Below, piece by piece: positions 53,134 to 64,000 of a stretch of DNA of 64,000 nt; the stretch's first letter is position 1, and the number at the start of each line of letters is the position of its first letter. The notes below the pieces were generated by a model, which had not been told where the DNA came from, ran no database searches, and saw only the letters and a program-made list of their open reading frames with translations. Source of the stretch: Amoebidium appalachense (taxonomy: Eukaryota > Protista > Ichthyosporea); assembly GCA_963693365.1 (NCBI GenBank), contig CAVNZM010000008.1:2296263-2360262 (forward strand), written 5' to 3'. The translations under genes and the position numbers were made by a program.

Positions 53134-54200
53134 TGTGTGTGCGTGCGTGCGTGTGTGTGCGCATGTGTGTGTGTGTGTCTGTGTGTGTCTGTGGGTCCCT
53201 CTCTCTATCCGGCGCTGGGCTCTCCCTCCCTCCCTCCCTCCCTCTCTCTTTCTCTTCACCCACTCTCCTCCTCCTGTCTCTCTCCTCGGGATCTCTCTAT
53301 TCCTTCTCCCTCGCGCCCAAGTTTCTATTTTTCTCTCTCTCTTTCGTTTGTCAGTGCGTAAATGTGTATGTTATGTGCGTTCGTCCAAAACAAAGTAAGC
53401 TTGTGCACGTGTGTTTTTAACTTTTCTGTTGACCGCACCACTGAGTCCTCTTCCCGGCATGTGCGGAAGTTTGTATGTTAACGTATACCTCATCTTTACG
53501 CTTTTGGCTGCTCAAATAATCATCAGTCTGACCTTTGATGTCATCAATAGTAGAGCTGTACCTCGGGAGTTCCGAATCGTTACAACGGGGGCGAGTCATG
53601 CCCGGTACTGGCAGACGGGGGGGGGGAGGGCAGCACAGCAGCATGGCTTACAGACTCTTCGAACTTTGCTGCCCAACTTGCTCAGTACTAGTTAGGGGCT
53701 CGCAGCAAAACCGGGTTCTTGAGCCCTGACAACTAGATAATCATTCACTGGGGCCTTTTGTTCTCCGTGATTAATCACAGAAGCGAACCCCCCTCCCCCT
53801 CCCCCTCCCCGGGCCCTCTCCCCTGCCCCCCCCCCAAACTTCCCCCTTTCCCCCTTCCCCCCTCCCCCTCCCTGATAGGCCACCAGGACCTCAGGACCGA
53901 CATCACCCCCTTCCCTCCCCCCTCTCCTTCCCCATCCTCCTTTTCCCATGCCCTCAGGCCGGCCCTCTAGAGATCCTCCTTTCTGAGTTCAAACTCCCCG
54001 TGCGATAACCCGCGCGCTTTGTTAAATCATTAGAGCTCTTGTTATTGACTTCCTCGTGGCGACTACAGATACCCGGCATTGGCGTATGCTGCTTGCCCCA
54101 AGATCAAACAAGCAAGCCTTGAGAATCTTGATCTACAAAAAATAGGAGTGATCGCAAGGGGGGAGGAGGGGGGAGGGGGGGGGGGGCAAACCTGAGGCAT
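51949..54200 (-). CDS. Multi-exon gene for an unassigned protein with a long K/E/R-rich, NLS-bearing disordered region; exons 54200-54192, 54132-54073, (uncertain ~53726-53655), 53607-53489, 53014-51949; 3' end unresolved
   Basis: 1.07-kb exon bounded by GCTAAG..TTGCAG and GTAAGT, with non-repeat translation (SPKRPRRRSARR, TRKRKTPEKKR, poly-E). The upstream small exons have canonical sites. A possible terminal exon near 50223 would give KFMELFGA*. Confidence 0.6.
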
Positions 54201-54439
54201 TGCTGAAAGTACTCTAAAATGATCAACTGCGTACTTGATGGCGGGGAAAAGCTTATTAAGTGTAGAAGCCTGTAGAATGATGTAGTCGTCCCAAGATTTC
54301 TCACGTTTTTGCTGGGTGTAGGCTGTGGCAGCTGGCTGTGGCACTGTGGGCAACAAGGTGCGCAGTCCTTGTGCACGTGACAAATTCCAGATCTATCGTG
54401 TAATTCAATTCATTGGTTCAGCGCGCATCAAGGAAAGCC

Positions 54440-54545
54440 TAGCTGCCTAAGCCGCTTTTGATTGGACACGTGATTGAATATCTACGAAGTAAAATTGTCC
54501 GCCAATCACATTACGTAGTCTGCAAGGTTGAGGGTATATAAACAG
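54440..54545. promoter_or_regulatory. Probable bidirectional promoter between the minus-strand gene and the hydrolase
   Basis: GATTGG ~54460, CACGTG ~54467, CCAATCA ~54502, TTACGTA ~54511 and TATATAAA ~54535, lying between divergent ATGs at 54200 and 54832. Confidence 0.45.
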
Positions 54546-54831
54546 CTCACGGGAAGCCGAGACTCTGCTCAGTTTGCCAAATCGAGATGAAATTTTCTCT
54601 TTTCTAAACAAACCAGACACACACGGTGTGTGTGGCAGTTTGCCTAATACTTCACTGCGTACATAGAAAACCCCCTGAATAGCATAAACCTAATTTCTTT
54701 TGTTTGCTGTTCGATATATCGGAGGAATTCCTGATGCACGTTGGCAGTGTTGTTCGAGCTCATACCGGCACCGTTCGAATTCGAAGTTTCACGCGCTGAG
54801 GTAATACATAGATAAATCAATTTGCGACAAA

Positions 54832-56209
54832 ATGGGTGCAGAAATTCAGTGTGGCCCTGCTTTTGCAGAGGCAACCACAGACGTAGGCATGTCGCCGCGT
54901 TTCAAGTGGTATCCCCGCATGCTACTTCTCGTTCCAGTTTTTGCGCTGTTTTACACCCCATATGCATGGCCTTTCCTTTTCGCTGCATTTGTTCTTCGCA
55001 GCATTTACTATTACGCCTTTGTCCTCCCCAAATACAACCCACCCAAGCTTGAAATTCAGCATAAATACGTGGTGACGAGGGACTCCACACGTGTGCACTA
55101 CTACGTTGTGGGTGAGGACCCAACAAACGGAGACCGCACGATTGTTCTTGCAAACGGTGTGGGGTGTCTTTTCATCTTCTGGCGCTATGTCATTACCCAT
55201 TTGGTTTCACGCGGCTACCGTTTTGTCTCGTGGGACCAACGCGGTCAGTTCATGAGCGAGGCGCCGCCCCGCACACGCAACCTCTCCATGCGTGATTTTG
55301 CGCTGGATTGTGCTGAGATTATGGACGACATGGGCATGAGGAAGTGTGCCGTGCTGCTGGGTTGGTCGACTGGTGTCCAGGTTGGTGAGGAGAAGGGGGG
55401 AAGAAGGGGAAGGGGAAGGAAGGGTGGGGGAGGAGGGGGAGGGGGAGAACAGAGGGTGGGGGGGGGTGGGCTGGTGTTGAGATGGTGTGTATATGTTTCA
55501 TGAACACGAGGGGGGAGGGGAGGGGGGGGGAGGGGGGGGGGGGGGGGGGGGGGTTTTGCAAGGAGCTACATACATAGTTATTCTTATATATGTTTTTTCC
55601 TAATTTTTCTTTTGTTTTTTTATAGCGGGGGGGGGTTTTTTTTAGAAGGGGAGGGGGGAGGGGGTGGGGAGGGGGGAGGGAGGGGGCTACGTTATGAGTC
55701 ATGGCAGTGAAGCTGCTAATAAGAGGATGATTTTCAGTGTAAAAATATAGGCAAGAGCCAAAAAGCTAATACTACGTACAGGTTGGGCTTGAATTTGCCG
55801 CGCTCTTTCCCGAGCGCCTGGGCAGGCTGGTTGTGACCAACGGCAACCACGGGCAGACCTTCACGTGTGTACTGCAGCCCCTGCTCAGGTTACCCCCAAT
55901 GAAGCAGCTGCTGCACTACGTCATCGAATACATCATCCGCCCACTGTGCCCATACCGCGAGGTCATCCTGGACTTCCTCAACAGGTGGGTTTGCATACTA
56001 TTGTTAGGAAATGATGGCTTAGATACGTTTGTTCACCTTGGTTTAAGTTGGGTTGGTAATCCTTGGCGGGGGCTAAAGAAAAGAGGCTAGGAAAGGAATG
56101 AGTTTGCAGGATGATTATGGGAGGGGAGCCCATGGGGAGAAGGGGACCGGGGGAGAGGGGGGAAGGAGGGGGGGAGGGGGGGGGGGGGGGGGGGGGGGGA
56201 GGGCGGATA

Positions 56210-56245
<36 letters not shown>

Positions 56246-57435
56246 GGGGGAGGGGGGGAGGGGGGGGGGGGGGGGGGCAGGGGCTCAAGGAGCTTGAAGC
56301 ATGCCTTTGTGTAATTTCATGGCTGTCCCAGTAGCCCATGTGCCCTCAGTTTTGCAAAGCGTCCGCGTGGCCTACTCCCTGTGTAAGTCTTTGCCGGAAT
56401 TAGCAATAATTATCTAATAAGTATGGTGTCTCGCTAACTATCTCTGCAGGAACTATGGCTGGATCAAGATGTTCACAGGTCGGCCATGGGCCACACTTGC
56501 CCTTGAGCCGTCCATCGAGGATTACCTTATTTGGTATGTGAATGGGCTGCTTGGCAGTGGCGAGGGCCACTTCATGCGCTTCTTCCGTGTCTGCCAGGTC
56601 AGTAAATCCCTACATGTTAAATGGGGTCGTGGATTGATGGAATTTTTTGAATGATTCCCCTAAACCTCCCCCCTCCCCTGCCCCCGCTCATGCTGGTCCT
56701 TTTCCTCCCTCTTTCCCCCCTCCAACTCTCTTCTCCCCCCCCGCCCCCCTTCCCCTCGCCCCCTCGCCCCTCCCCCACCCCCCGCCAAACCAATACTAAT
56801 AATAAAAGGAAGGGGGGGAGGGGGGAATGAGGGGGTGAAGTGGGGCCTGGAAGGAGGGGGGAGGGGGAGGGGCGGGGGGGGGGGGGGGGGGGGGGGGGGG
56901 GACGGAAACATATAAAAAAAATTAAGGGGAGGGGTGTGGGGGGGGAGGGGGGGGGGGGGGGAAACAAAACGAGAAGGAAAGAATCAAAGAGAGAGAAAAG
57001 AAAGAAGATAATATAGACCATAAACATCATTTGTTTGCTTTTGCAAGTTGTGCCAATGTCCTGTCCTGCATCCGCTAAAAGTTTGTTATATTTCTCGGTA
57101 CTTTGCATTGCTGTACACGTGCGCGAAGCTCTACCCTCCCTCCCACGTTTCCACGTTCCCCCCCCCCCCCCCGCCCCCGCCCCCCCCCCCCTCCCCCCCC
57201 CCCCCCCCCCAACACTTCCACCACAGTATGTCTTAACTTTGTAGGGTTGTTGTAGAGAGTTTTCTGCAAAATCTCAACAACGTTTTTTTAAGCCATGCTG
57301 GGCAAGAGAAATGGAAAGAGCTCTGGATTGCTATATTTTCCTTGGTTTTTTTTTTTTTTTTTTTGGGGGGGGGGGGGGGAGGGGGAGGGGGAGGGGTGAG
57401 GGGGGGGGGGGGGGGGGGCATGTGGTGGTTTGGGT

Positions 57436-57467
<32 letters not shown>

Positions 57468-58480
57468 GGGGGGGGGGGGGGCAAGAGCAACTTAGACGCC
57501 GGACAGCATTTCCTATTGTGCTCGCTGATTGCAGGACTTTGGACACATGTGTGTGCAGGTGCAGATGCAGAGGTGAACTACATAGCCCTCCGTATATCAG
57601 TGTCCCTGTCTATGTGTGTGTATACAAGAGAGTTGGTTAGGGAAGGTGTGGGAGGGGGCTTTTGCTTGCACGTCATAGCCCAGTGTGTGTGTATGTGTGC
57701 CCGTGGATATGGGTATGCATGTTTGGTGTGTGTGTGCATGGAGTTTTGCGTATGATTATGCCTTGTGCGTGTGTGCATGGAATATTGCGTATAATTATGC
57801 ATGTGTGTGCGTGCACATGACGCAGGCCACCTACTAATGGCACGTACACTTCCATGGTCCTGGGTGCGAATACGCGATGATGTTCTTATGCCATTGTTTC
57901 CCGAATCGTGCAAGCTCTTTCTCCGGTGTGTATGGATGCCCATTGGTTGTGGTGCGCGTGCACGATTAAAGACCCTGTTTGCGCGCTATATTCCTTTTAC
58001 GCACAACAACTACATGTATCCTGCACTGAGTGTCCTAGGTATTAACAATATCCATTTTTTTCCACACAGGAACTGGACGCACACAGTGTCTACCACCTTC
58101 TTCCCGAGATCGAAACACCCACCACACTCGTTTCCGGGTGCCTGGACTTCCTCACACCATGCTTCCAAATGTACGAAATGGAAGCACTTATGCCCAACGT
58201 TCGCCATATCAACCTTCTTTTCCACTCGCACTTTGTCATTTTCGAGAACCCACAGGTTCTTATTAAGTGTGTGGACGAAGCGCTTGATGATTATGCAGCT
58301 GAAATGGACGCTTTGTACGCTAAAGAGGATGAACATCTGGAGGAACTGAGGAGCAGCGAGAGCGACATGGAGCACATGTTGACGGGAAGGGATGCAAAGT
58401 GTGCTGGAAACAACGAGAAGAAGACTCTGATGGGCGCTTTGGCTTCTGGGCTCCGCCGCCGCTCCGTTACGGGTGCATAG
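54832..58480 (+). CDS. Membrane-anchored alpha/beta-hydrolase (esterase/lipase-like); exons 54832-55380, 55782-55984, 56450-56597, 58070-58480
   Basis: N-terminal hydrophobic segment, IVLANGVG, WDQRGQFMS, nucleophile elbow GWSTG, FAALFPERLGRLVV, catalytic Asp in SGCLDFLTP and His in HSHFVIFENP. Phases 0, 2, 0 are consistent. Confidence 0.92.
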
Positions 58481-59301
58481 TTGGTGCTTTTAGTTCAGGA
58501 TATGTGCAGGCTCTTCTTAGATATATTCAGTCTAGCAGCTCTTGTAAGTTACTATGCGACGATTTGTTTGCAAATACCATCAAGTTTCGTTTTATATTTT
58601 TTTTAAGGGACCTTTGAACTGCAGCTTTCCGCTGCTCTTATTAGATTTAGTTCATAAATAACCATCCCCCCTCTCCCCTTTCCCCCCCCCCCCCCCCCCC
58701 CCCTCCCCTCCCCCGGGGGGAGGGGGGCCTCCCATTCGACCACTTTGTTGTTGAGGCATGCACCAAAAGGTCCCAAGCCTAGGCATCGACGTTACTGTAC
58801 AAGTATAAAAATGTAGTAGTGCCGGTCACTGCTGCAAGCAAGAAAAACAAAAGTCTCTTAGTCGAACTTCTCGGTATAAGTGCTAAACAAGTTCTAGACC
58901 ACCATGAAATTTATCTTCATTGTAGAACATTAGCGCTAAGGAGAAGGGGATGTGTCTGATAGGTGGGAATCAAAATCTTGTGCTACGTGCTACGTGGATA
59001 AGTCTTTTTGTTTTTTTGTGTGTGTGTGTGTTTAGACAAGGAGGGGGGGGGGGGGGGGGGGGGGGGGGGTGAGATTCATTTTCGATTTTTGGAGGTCAGG
59101 ACTATGTTAGACCCTGGAAGCTGGACGGAGGGAGGGGACGAGAGGGGGGGGGGAGATGGAATGGTGAACCTCTGGATGCGGGAATTCGCCTTAATTTTCT
59201 TTTTTGGTGTGTGTGCGCGCAAACGTGTTGTATGTGTCTGTGTGGGTGTCTATATGCATGCGTGTGTGCGTGTGTGTGTGTGTGCGCGTGTGTGCGTGTC
59301 T

Positions 59302-59375
<74 letters not shown>

Positions 59376-59392
59376 CACGGTGTGTGTGTGTA

Positions 59393-59540
<148 letters not shown>

Positions 59541-60082
59541 TGTGTGTGTGACAAGTGTGTGCACGCCCGTGCACGTTTGAGTGTGTGTGTGTGTTGTGTG
59601 TGAGTGGGGGGGGCGGTGGTTGGTGGGGTATGAGGGATGGGTGCATATGGAAAGAAGATCTTGCAGCACATAATTTGCCCCCCTCCCCCCTCCCCCCCTC
59701 CCCCCCCCCCCCCCCCCCCCTTTCCGACCCCGGGGAGCACAAACCATCCGGCTGGGCCACCCACACCCATGGCCATACCTGCCAGCTTTGTTTTAACCTC
59801 AATACTCCACCATTACATGGATATAGCATATCCACACACTACCCTCAGTATATCCTTTTAACAGAGCACACACCGTATGTACTTCATGTCAACGAAATTT
59901 CGGTCATGTCCAGGCTCCGGATATTGACTTTCTATATAGCGGACTGTTAACCATTGTCGTGGGGTGTTGCCTGGCATGTTAGAATATTGTTCAAGTATCG
60001 CAACCAGTGTGCATACGATCAGACCGTGTGCATGCCCTCAGACCCGCTTGCACACGTGTTGACATGGCAAAGATTACGCTCA

Positions 60083-60141
60083 TTACTCAAAATGGCCCAT
60101 AGCAAAAAAAAGGCCCCCATAGGTGCTTAGTACAGTAGCCA

Positions 60142-60181
<40 letters not shown>

Positions 60182-61803
60182 AACAACAAAAAAAAGAAAG
60201 AAAGAAAGAAAGGCGCCGTTTAGGCGCACAGGATAATGTCCATTCGGGGGAGAAACCGAACGCCCCAACACGTGCTTGAGCGCGGCGCCGAGTTTTTTCT
60301 GGCCGGGAATTCTTCTGTCGATGTTGTTTGCAGCGGCCCAGCGCCGCAGCAGCGCAACAAACGTCGTGGTTGTCATGTACATACCCTCGTAGTCATCCCA
60401 ATCCTCGCACACCTCCTCGCGCCTCCCCATGTCGTGGAAGAACTCATACTCAACCGGAAGGGGGTCTGTGAGGTCCTGAAGCCTGCGCTTGAGTCCGGTC
60501 ATAGGCGGCAGAATGCGTACACGATCATTAAGGTCGATCCGCATGAGGTAGTGGTAGAGATGCTCTAGCCCGGATGCATCTCCCTCGGTGTAGGCGGCTG
60601 CCAGCTCGTTGAAGTAGTCGTGATCCCCAACCCTGGCAGGGGATACCTCCATGCACGCGTAGCGGCGGTCTGTCCGGGACACGGGAATGGGGTGCTCCTC
60701 GTTGCTGAGCAGGATCCAGCGCTCACACGACTTGATGGTAGTAACGGGCAGTCCCTTTCTCTCCATGGACATCCTGTCGTCCGTGATGAGTGTCTTGAGG
60801 TGGTTGGGGATGCGGTGACTCTTGCCATAGGTGACCTATGGAAACAGGACGTGTTAGCATGATCTGCTTCATATGAATCTACACCCCCACCCCCCAAACA
60901 ACATATGCATGCACTTCCAGTGTGTGCATCCGAGCATGGCGCGCGTGTGTGTAGCGCTTCTAAAGAGATGGGTCTTGGGCGCTTCTGCATGTGTGTGTGT
61001 GCGCTAATCCAATTAGCACACAGGCTTCTCACCTCGTTACACAGGACCAGCAGCTTGAACGAATAGCCCTCATTGAACCTCGTGTCGATCCGGTGCTCGT
61101 TCTCGACGGTGCCAACCAGGTGCATGCCTAGCATCTGCTTGATGATCGTGCAGAACACATCCTTGCCTGTGCCCTCAATGGAGCGCAGCAGCAACCCGCA
61201 CTGGGGCTTGCGCTCCGGCACCTGGACAAGGTGAGCGAGCCACTGCATCAGGAAGTCGAACAAGCGCTCGTCGCGGTTGCAGATGATGTACTTGGTGTGG
61301 TAGAGGAAGCGCTGCAGTTTCTCTTCCTCGATTTCAAAGTTCTCGCGGTAGCGAAAGCGAAAACCTGGAAACATGTTGAAAACGCGGTTGAGGCTGTGCA
61401 AGTAGATGTCCCTGCGCACACCGGTTCTTGGCTCGGGGTCGGAGGGGTCGAAGACAAGATGGGCATAGGTGAGCCGGCGGCCACTGGAGAGGTAAAGGGT
61501 GCCGCGCAGGGGTGGCTGGGGGTCCCCGTCTTCGTTTGGGGGCTGTGGAAACTCAAAGGCCTCGAGAAATACGCGGACCTGGTCACGTGTCTTGAGCTCA
61601 AACGTAACAGGGAGGCCGTCGATGTTGCGCGTTTTGTGGATGAATGCATTGGGGGTTGCTACATAGGCAATGTGCTTGCTGATGTAGTCGCACACCTCTT
61701 GTTCGCTCCATGCATGTCTGCTCCTGCACACATCGGGATGGAGAAAATCATCGGCGTTGTCACCAAGGTCGTGTGTCGCCTCAAACCTGGCAAAGTAATC
61801 CAT
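60083..61803 (-). CDS. Superfamily-3 helicase (DUF5906 / NrS-1-like / highly derived D5-like); exons 61803-61033 and 60835-~60083; C-terminal end uncertain
   Basis: VFDPS, FNMFPGF, IICN, WLAHLVQVPERKP, Walker A SIEGTGKD, RFN, Walker B LVLCNE, LKTLITD, motif C ILLSN, Arg finger DRRY, and a winged-helix-like tail. A phase-0 GT-AG intron at 61032-60836 joins the two ORFs. Confidence 0.9.
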
Positions 61804-62132
61804 CTTGGACACATACACTCCACACAGCAAACTGCGTGTGTGAGCTGTGCTGTTTGTGACGGTTCTTGAACTCTGACAGAACTTTTGAAAAGTGTGCCGG
61901 AATTCTATTGGTGAATTGAAGAGCAGGTAGGAATCCGACAGCCCATTGGTCCGAAAATTTGGCCTGATGCGATTGGCCAGAAAATCGAGCCAATCGTTTC
62001 TCGCATTCCTTTCTGCTCTCACTCAGATCACCAAGTGACCAGCTGGAACCGCGAGCTTATAACAAGCAACAACTGAGCGTGTGTCTAACACGTCCTTCCT
62101 CTGTCCCCCTCCTGTACCTCAAACCCACCAAC

Positions 62133-62456
62133 ATGCCGAAAATCATCATACTGCGCTGGCGCTGGCGCATTGTCTTCCAAGGCAGCGCCTCCCCCTGGCA
62201 CAGCGGCACAGTTGTAATGCCAGCTCCACAGGCCACCCCCCCTGTTCTCCTCCCACCACCAGCCCGTGTTTTACGTCGTCAGAGGCCGTTCACGCGTCCA
62301 TGCACCAAGACCGTGGCCATATGGCGCCCAGTGCCCCTGCCCGACCCCACCCCGGACCAGCGCGAGTGCAACAAGGAGAACATCCCCCCAGGCGGCCCGG
62401 GATGTGTGTGTGTTCACTGTCTGCACGAAGCACAGCAGACACAGGCCGACCAATAA
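62133..62456 (+). CDS. Small proline-rich orphan ORF (107 aa) with NKENIPP (KEN box) and a CxCxxC cluster
   Basis: ATG in ACCAACATG context, TATAA near 62057, AATAAA overlapping the stop. Divergent from the helicase gene. Confidence 0.5.
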   Translation: MPKIIILRWRWRIVFQGSASPWHSGTVVMPAPQATPPVLLPPPARVLRRQRPFTRPCTKTVAIWRPVPLPDPTPDQRECNKENIPPGGPGCVCVHCLHEAQQTQADQ

Positions 62457-62564
62457 ACGCAGCCAGACTGTGTGTGGCAAAGACACTGATTTGAATAGAC
62501 ACAAACCATACCCACCCACACCCCTCTGTGGTGTTGTAGATAATGATGACCTATCGCATGCACG

Positions 62565-63311
62565 ATGGGGCTTAGCGAGGCAAACTACTATGCTGGTCTT
62601 GTGTCGTTTGGGACATTAATGCTTTTACTGTATGAACTTCGCATGCCCCGCTTTCAGTACCGGGACTTTCTTGACCTCATGGTGGTTCTTGATTCGCTGG
62701 CCTTTCTGGTGTTCTATATTGCAAGCACACATGAAGGATGCTCTGCCTACAATGCGTATCTTGCTGCTGACCTTCTGTGGTGCTTCAAGGACGCGTGCAA
62801 GTATGCATACATCATAGACCACGCATGTTCGCTGTCCCAGTTGCATGTTGCATGGCTCGACCTTGCTGTGTTCTTGACTTCCTCGGTGCTCTATCTGGTC
62901 TTTGTTATATACACATATGTTCTGCCGACACAGTGCCATGTACCTCCACATCACAATGCTGTCTCCCTTGTAGTTCTGTACTGCTTTTGGACGACAGTGT
63001 GTATTGCCTCGGTGGCCATGCTGTTTGCGCGCTTCTCATATCTGTGGTCTAATCGTCACCTGCTTATTGGTGAGAGGTCTCGTGGACTCTGCTGGCAGGT
63101 GCTGGTGGGCTCCACAGCGACAGCGCTTGCAACAATGGCCACTGCAGCGGCCACATCGTTTTCAGTTTCTAGAACCATTGGGACGTCCGTTATTGACTGT
63201 GCGAATCTATTGTTTGTGTTTTCACAACTGATGCTCTTTGTGGGCCACGACCGTGGTGATCTTGCCGAGCTCAAGGCGCGAGAGCCATTCCAGTCACAAA
63301 CTCGCTGCTGA
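62565..63311 (+). CDS. Intronless 248-aa seven-transmembrane, GPCR-like protein
   Basis: About seven hydrophobic segments by eye. Cys before putative TM3 (EGCSAY) and in the TM4-5 loop (TQCH), as in the GPCR disulfide. Very short N-terminus. Confidence 0.7.
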   Translation: MGLSEANYYAGLVSFGTLMLLLYELRMPRFQYRDFLDLMVVLDSLAFLVFYIASTHEGCSAYNAYLAADLLWCFKDACKYAYIIDHACSLSQLHVAWLDLAVFLTSSVLYLVFVIYTYVLPTQCHVPPHHNAVSLVVLYCFWTTVCIASVAMLFARFSYLWSNRHLLIGERSRGLCWQVLVGSTATALATMATAAATSFSVSRTIGTSVIDCANLLFVFSQLMLFVGHDRGDLAELKAREPFQSQTRC

Positions 63312-63404
63312 TTGGTCGGCCCCATGCTTAAAAGGCCGCGCTCCTGTCTGCCCAGTGTCAGATCAACAGCCAAAAACACACATGCGAGTTGCACAAGTTT
63401 CATC

Positions 63405-63665
63405 ATGGAAGCCATCGAAGTCATGCTTCTGCACCACGCTGCCGCTATGGCTAGAACCATGCCACCAGCATTTACGGTAGCCGTCTACGGCCCCGCACCC
63501 AAGGCCTATGCGGTGATGGCGTCAATCCTCAAAGCCTGTGACCCGTTTTGCGAGGGGCGCGAAGACGTGTCCAAGTGCCACGTAATGGCCTCGGCCATTG
63601 CCCCCTTCATCGTAGACCCAATGACCATCAACCCAGAGTGGGACATTGCGGCGCCGCTGTGTTAA
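63405..63665 (+). CDS. Small orphan ORF (86 aa)
   Basis: ATCATGG start, GC-rich third codon positions like the helicase gene, upstream GATTGG at ~63310, AATAAA at ~63821. Confidence 0.55.
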   Translation: MEAIEVMLLHHAAAMARTMPPAFTVAVYGPAPKAYAVMASILKACDPFCEGREDVSKCHVMASAIAPFIVDPMTINPEWDIAAPLC

Positions 63666-64000
63666 ATTCTATAAGTATTTGGGATGTAAGCAGAGACACA
63701 GTGGTGCAGTGTGAAAACACCACAGACACACACAACAACAAAACACGGAACGATCGGAGCAGTGTACACAACAGACATCAATGTTTAGACACGACTGAAC
63801 TGAATTTATTCTGATCTTCGAATAAATACCTGAAATTCCTCTAAGTCCAATCCATACATGATTTCCGACCAGTCGGAAATCAGATCCATCTCTAATAGAA
63901 ACCAATCACTAAGAACCAATTGCTTTCAGAGAGATCCGGTACGCGGAGGCGTACACGATAGGACACAGACACTAGTTAGGATCAACTCGTGTCATCGTGT

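Larger units (their letters stand above)
59750..64000. mobile_element. Probable edge of an integrated Polinton-like or viral element, continuing past the window; left boundary approximate
   Basis: Abrupt switch to compact, nearly microsatellite-free DNA with four closely spaced ORFs, including an SF3 helicase of a type typical of mobile elements and viruses. No TIR, integrase or capsid gene visible in this window. Confidence 0.55.

Overview
Eukaryotic, intron-rich window packed with microsatellites ((CA)n, (CT)n, (CACG)n) and poly-C/G runs. Most entries in the ORF track are repeat translation noise. Gene content suggests a unicellular holozoan, possibly ichthyosporean; this is inference from FLOT2-like, BTG/Tob and Rolling-stone-like genes occurring beside a fungal-type Zn-cluster-like gene and a Cys3/MetR-like bZIP gene. 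Genes spliced by hand, left to right: 3' end of a tail-anchored membrane protein; 6-exon Q-rich bZIP factor; three disrupted Rolling-stone-like copies (an inverted duplication plus a truncated copy); secreted two-repeat Cys-rich protein; P/Q-rich protein with a degenerate Zn2Cys6-like N-terminus; 15-exon flotillin-2-like gene; intronless BTG/Tob; an unassigned K/E-rich minus-strand gene; 4-exon alpha/beta hydrolase. The last ~4.2 kb is compact and nearly free of microsatellites. It encodes an intron-containing SF3 (DUF5906/D5-like) helicase, a KEN-box ORF, an intronless 7TM GPCR-like ORF and a small orphan ORF, and is probably the edge of an integrated Polinton-like or viral element. Other signals: a ~110-140 bp intronic repeat family found only in host-sense orientation, (CA)n tracts running directly into 3' splice sites, and a 277-bp fold-back MITE-like element. 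I saw no tRNA, rRNA or CRISPR array. No database searches were run; family calls come from recognising motifs.
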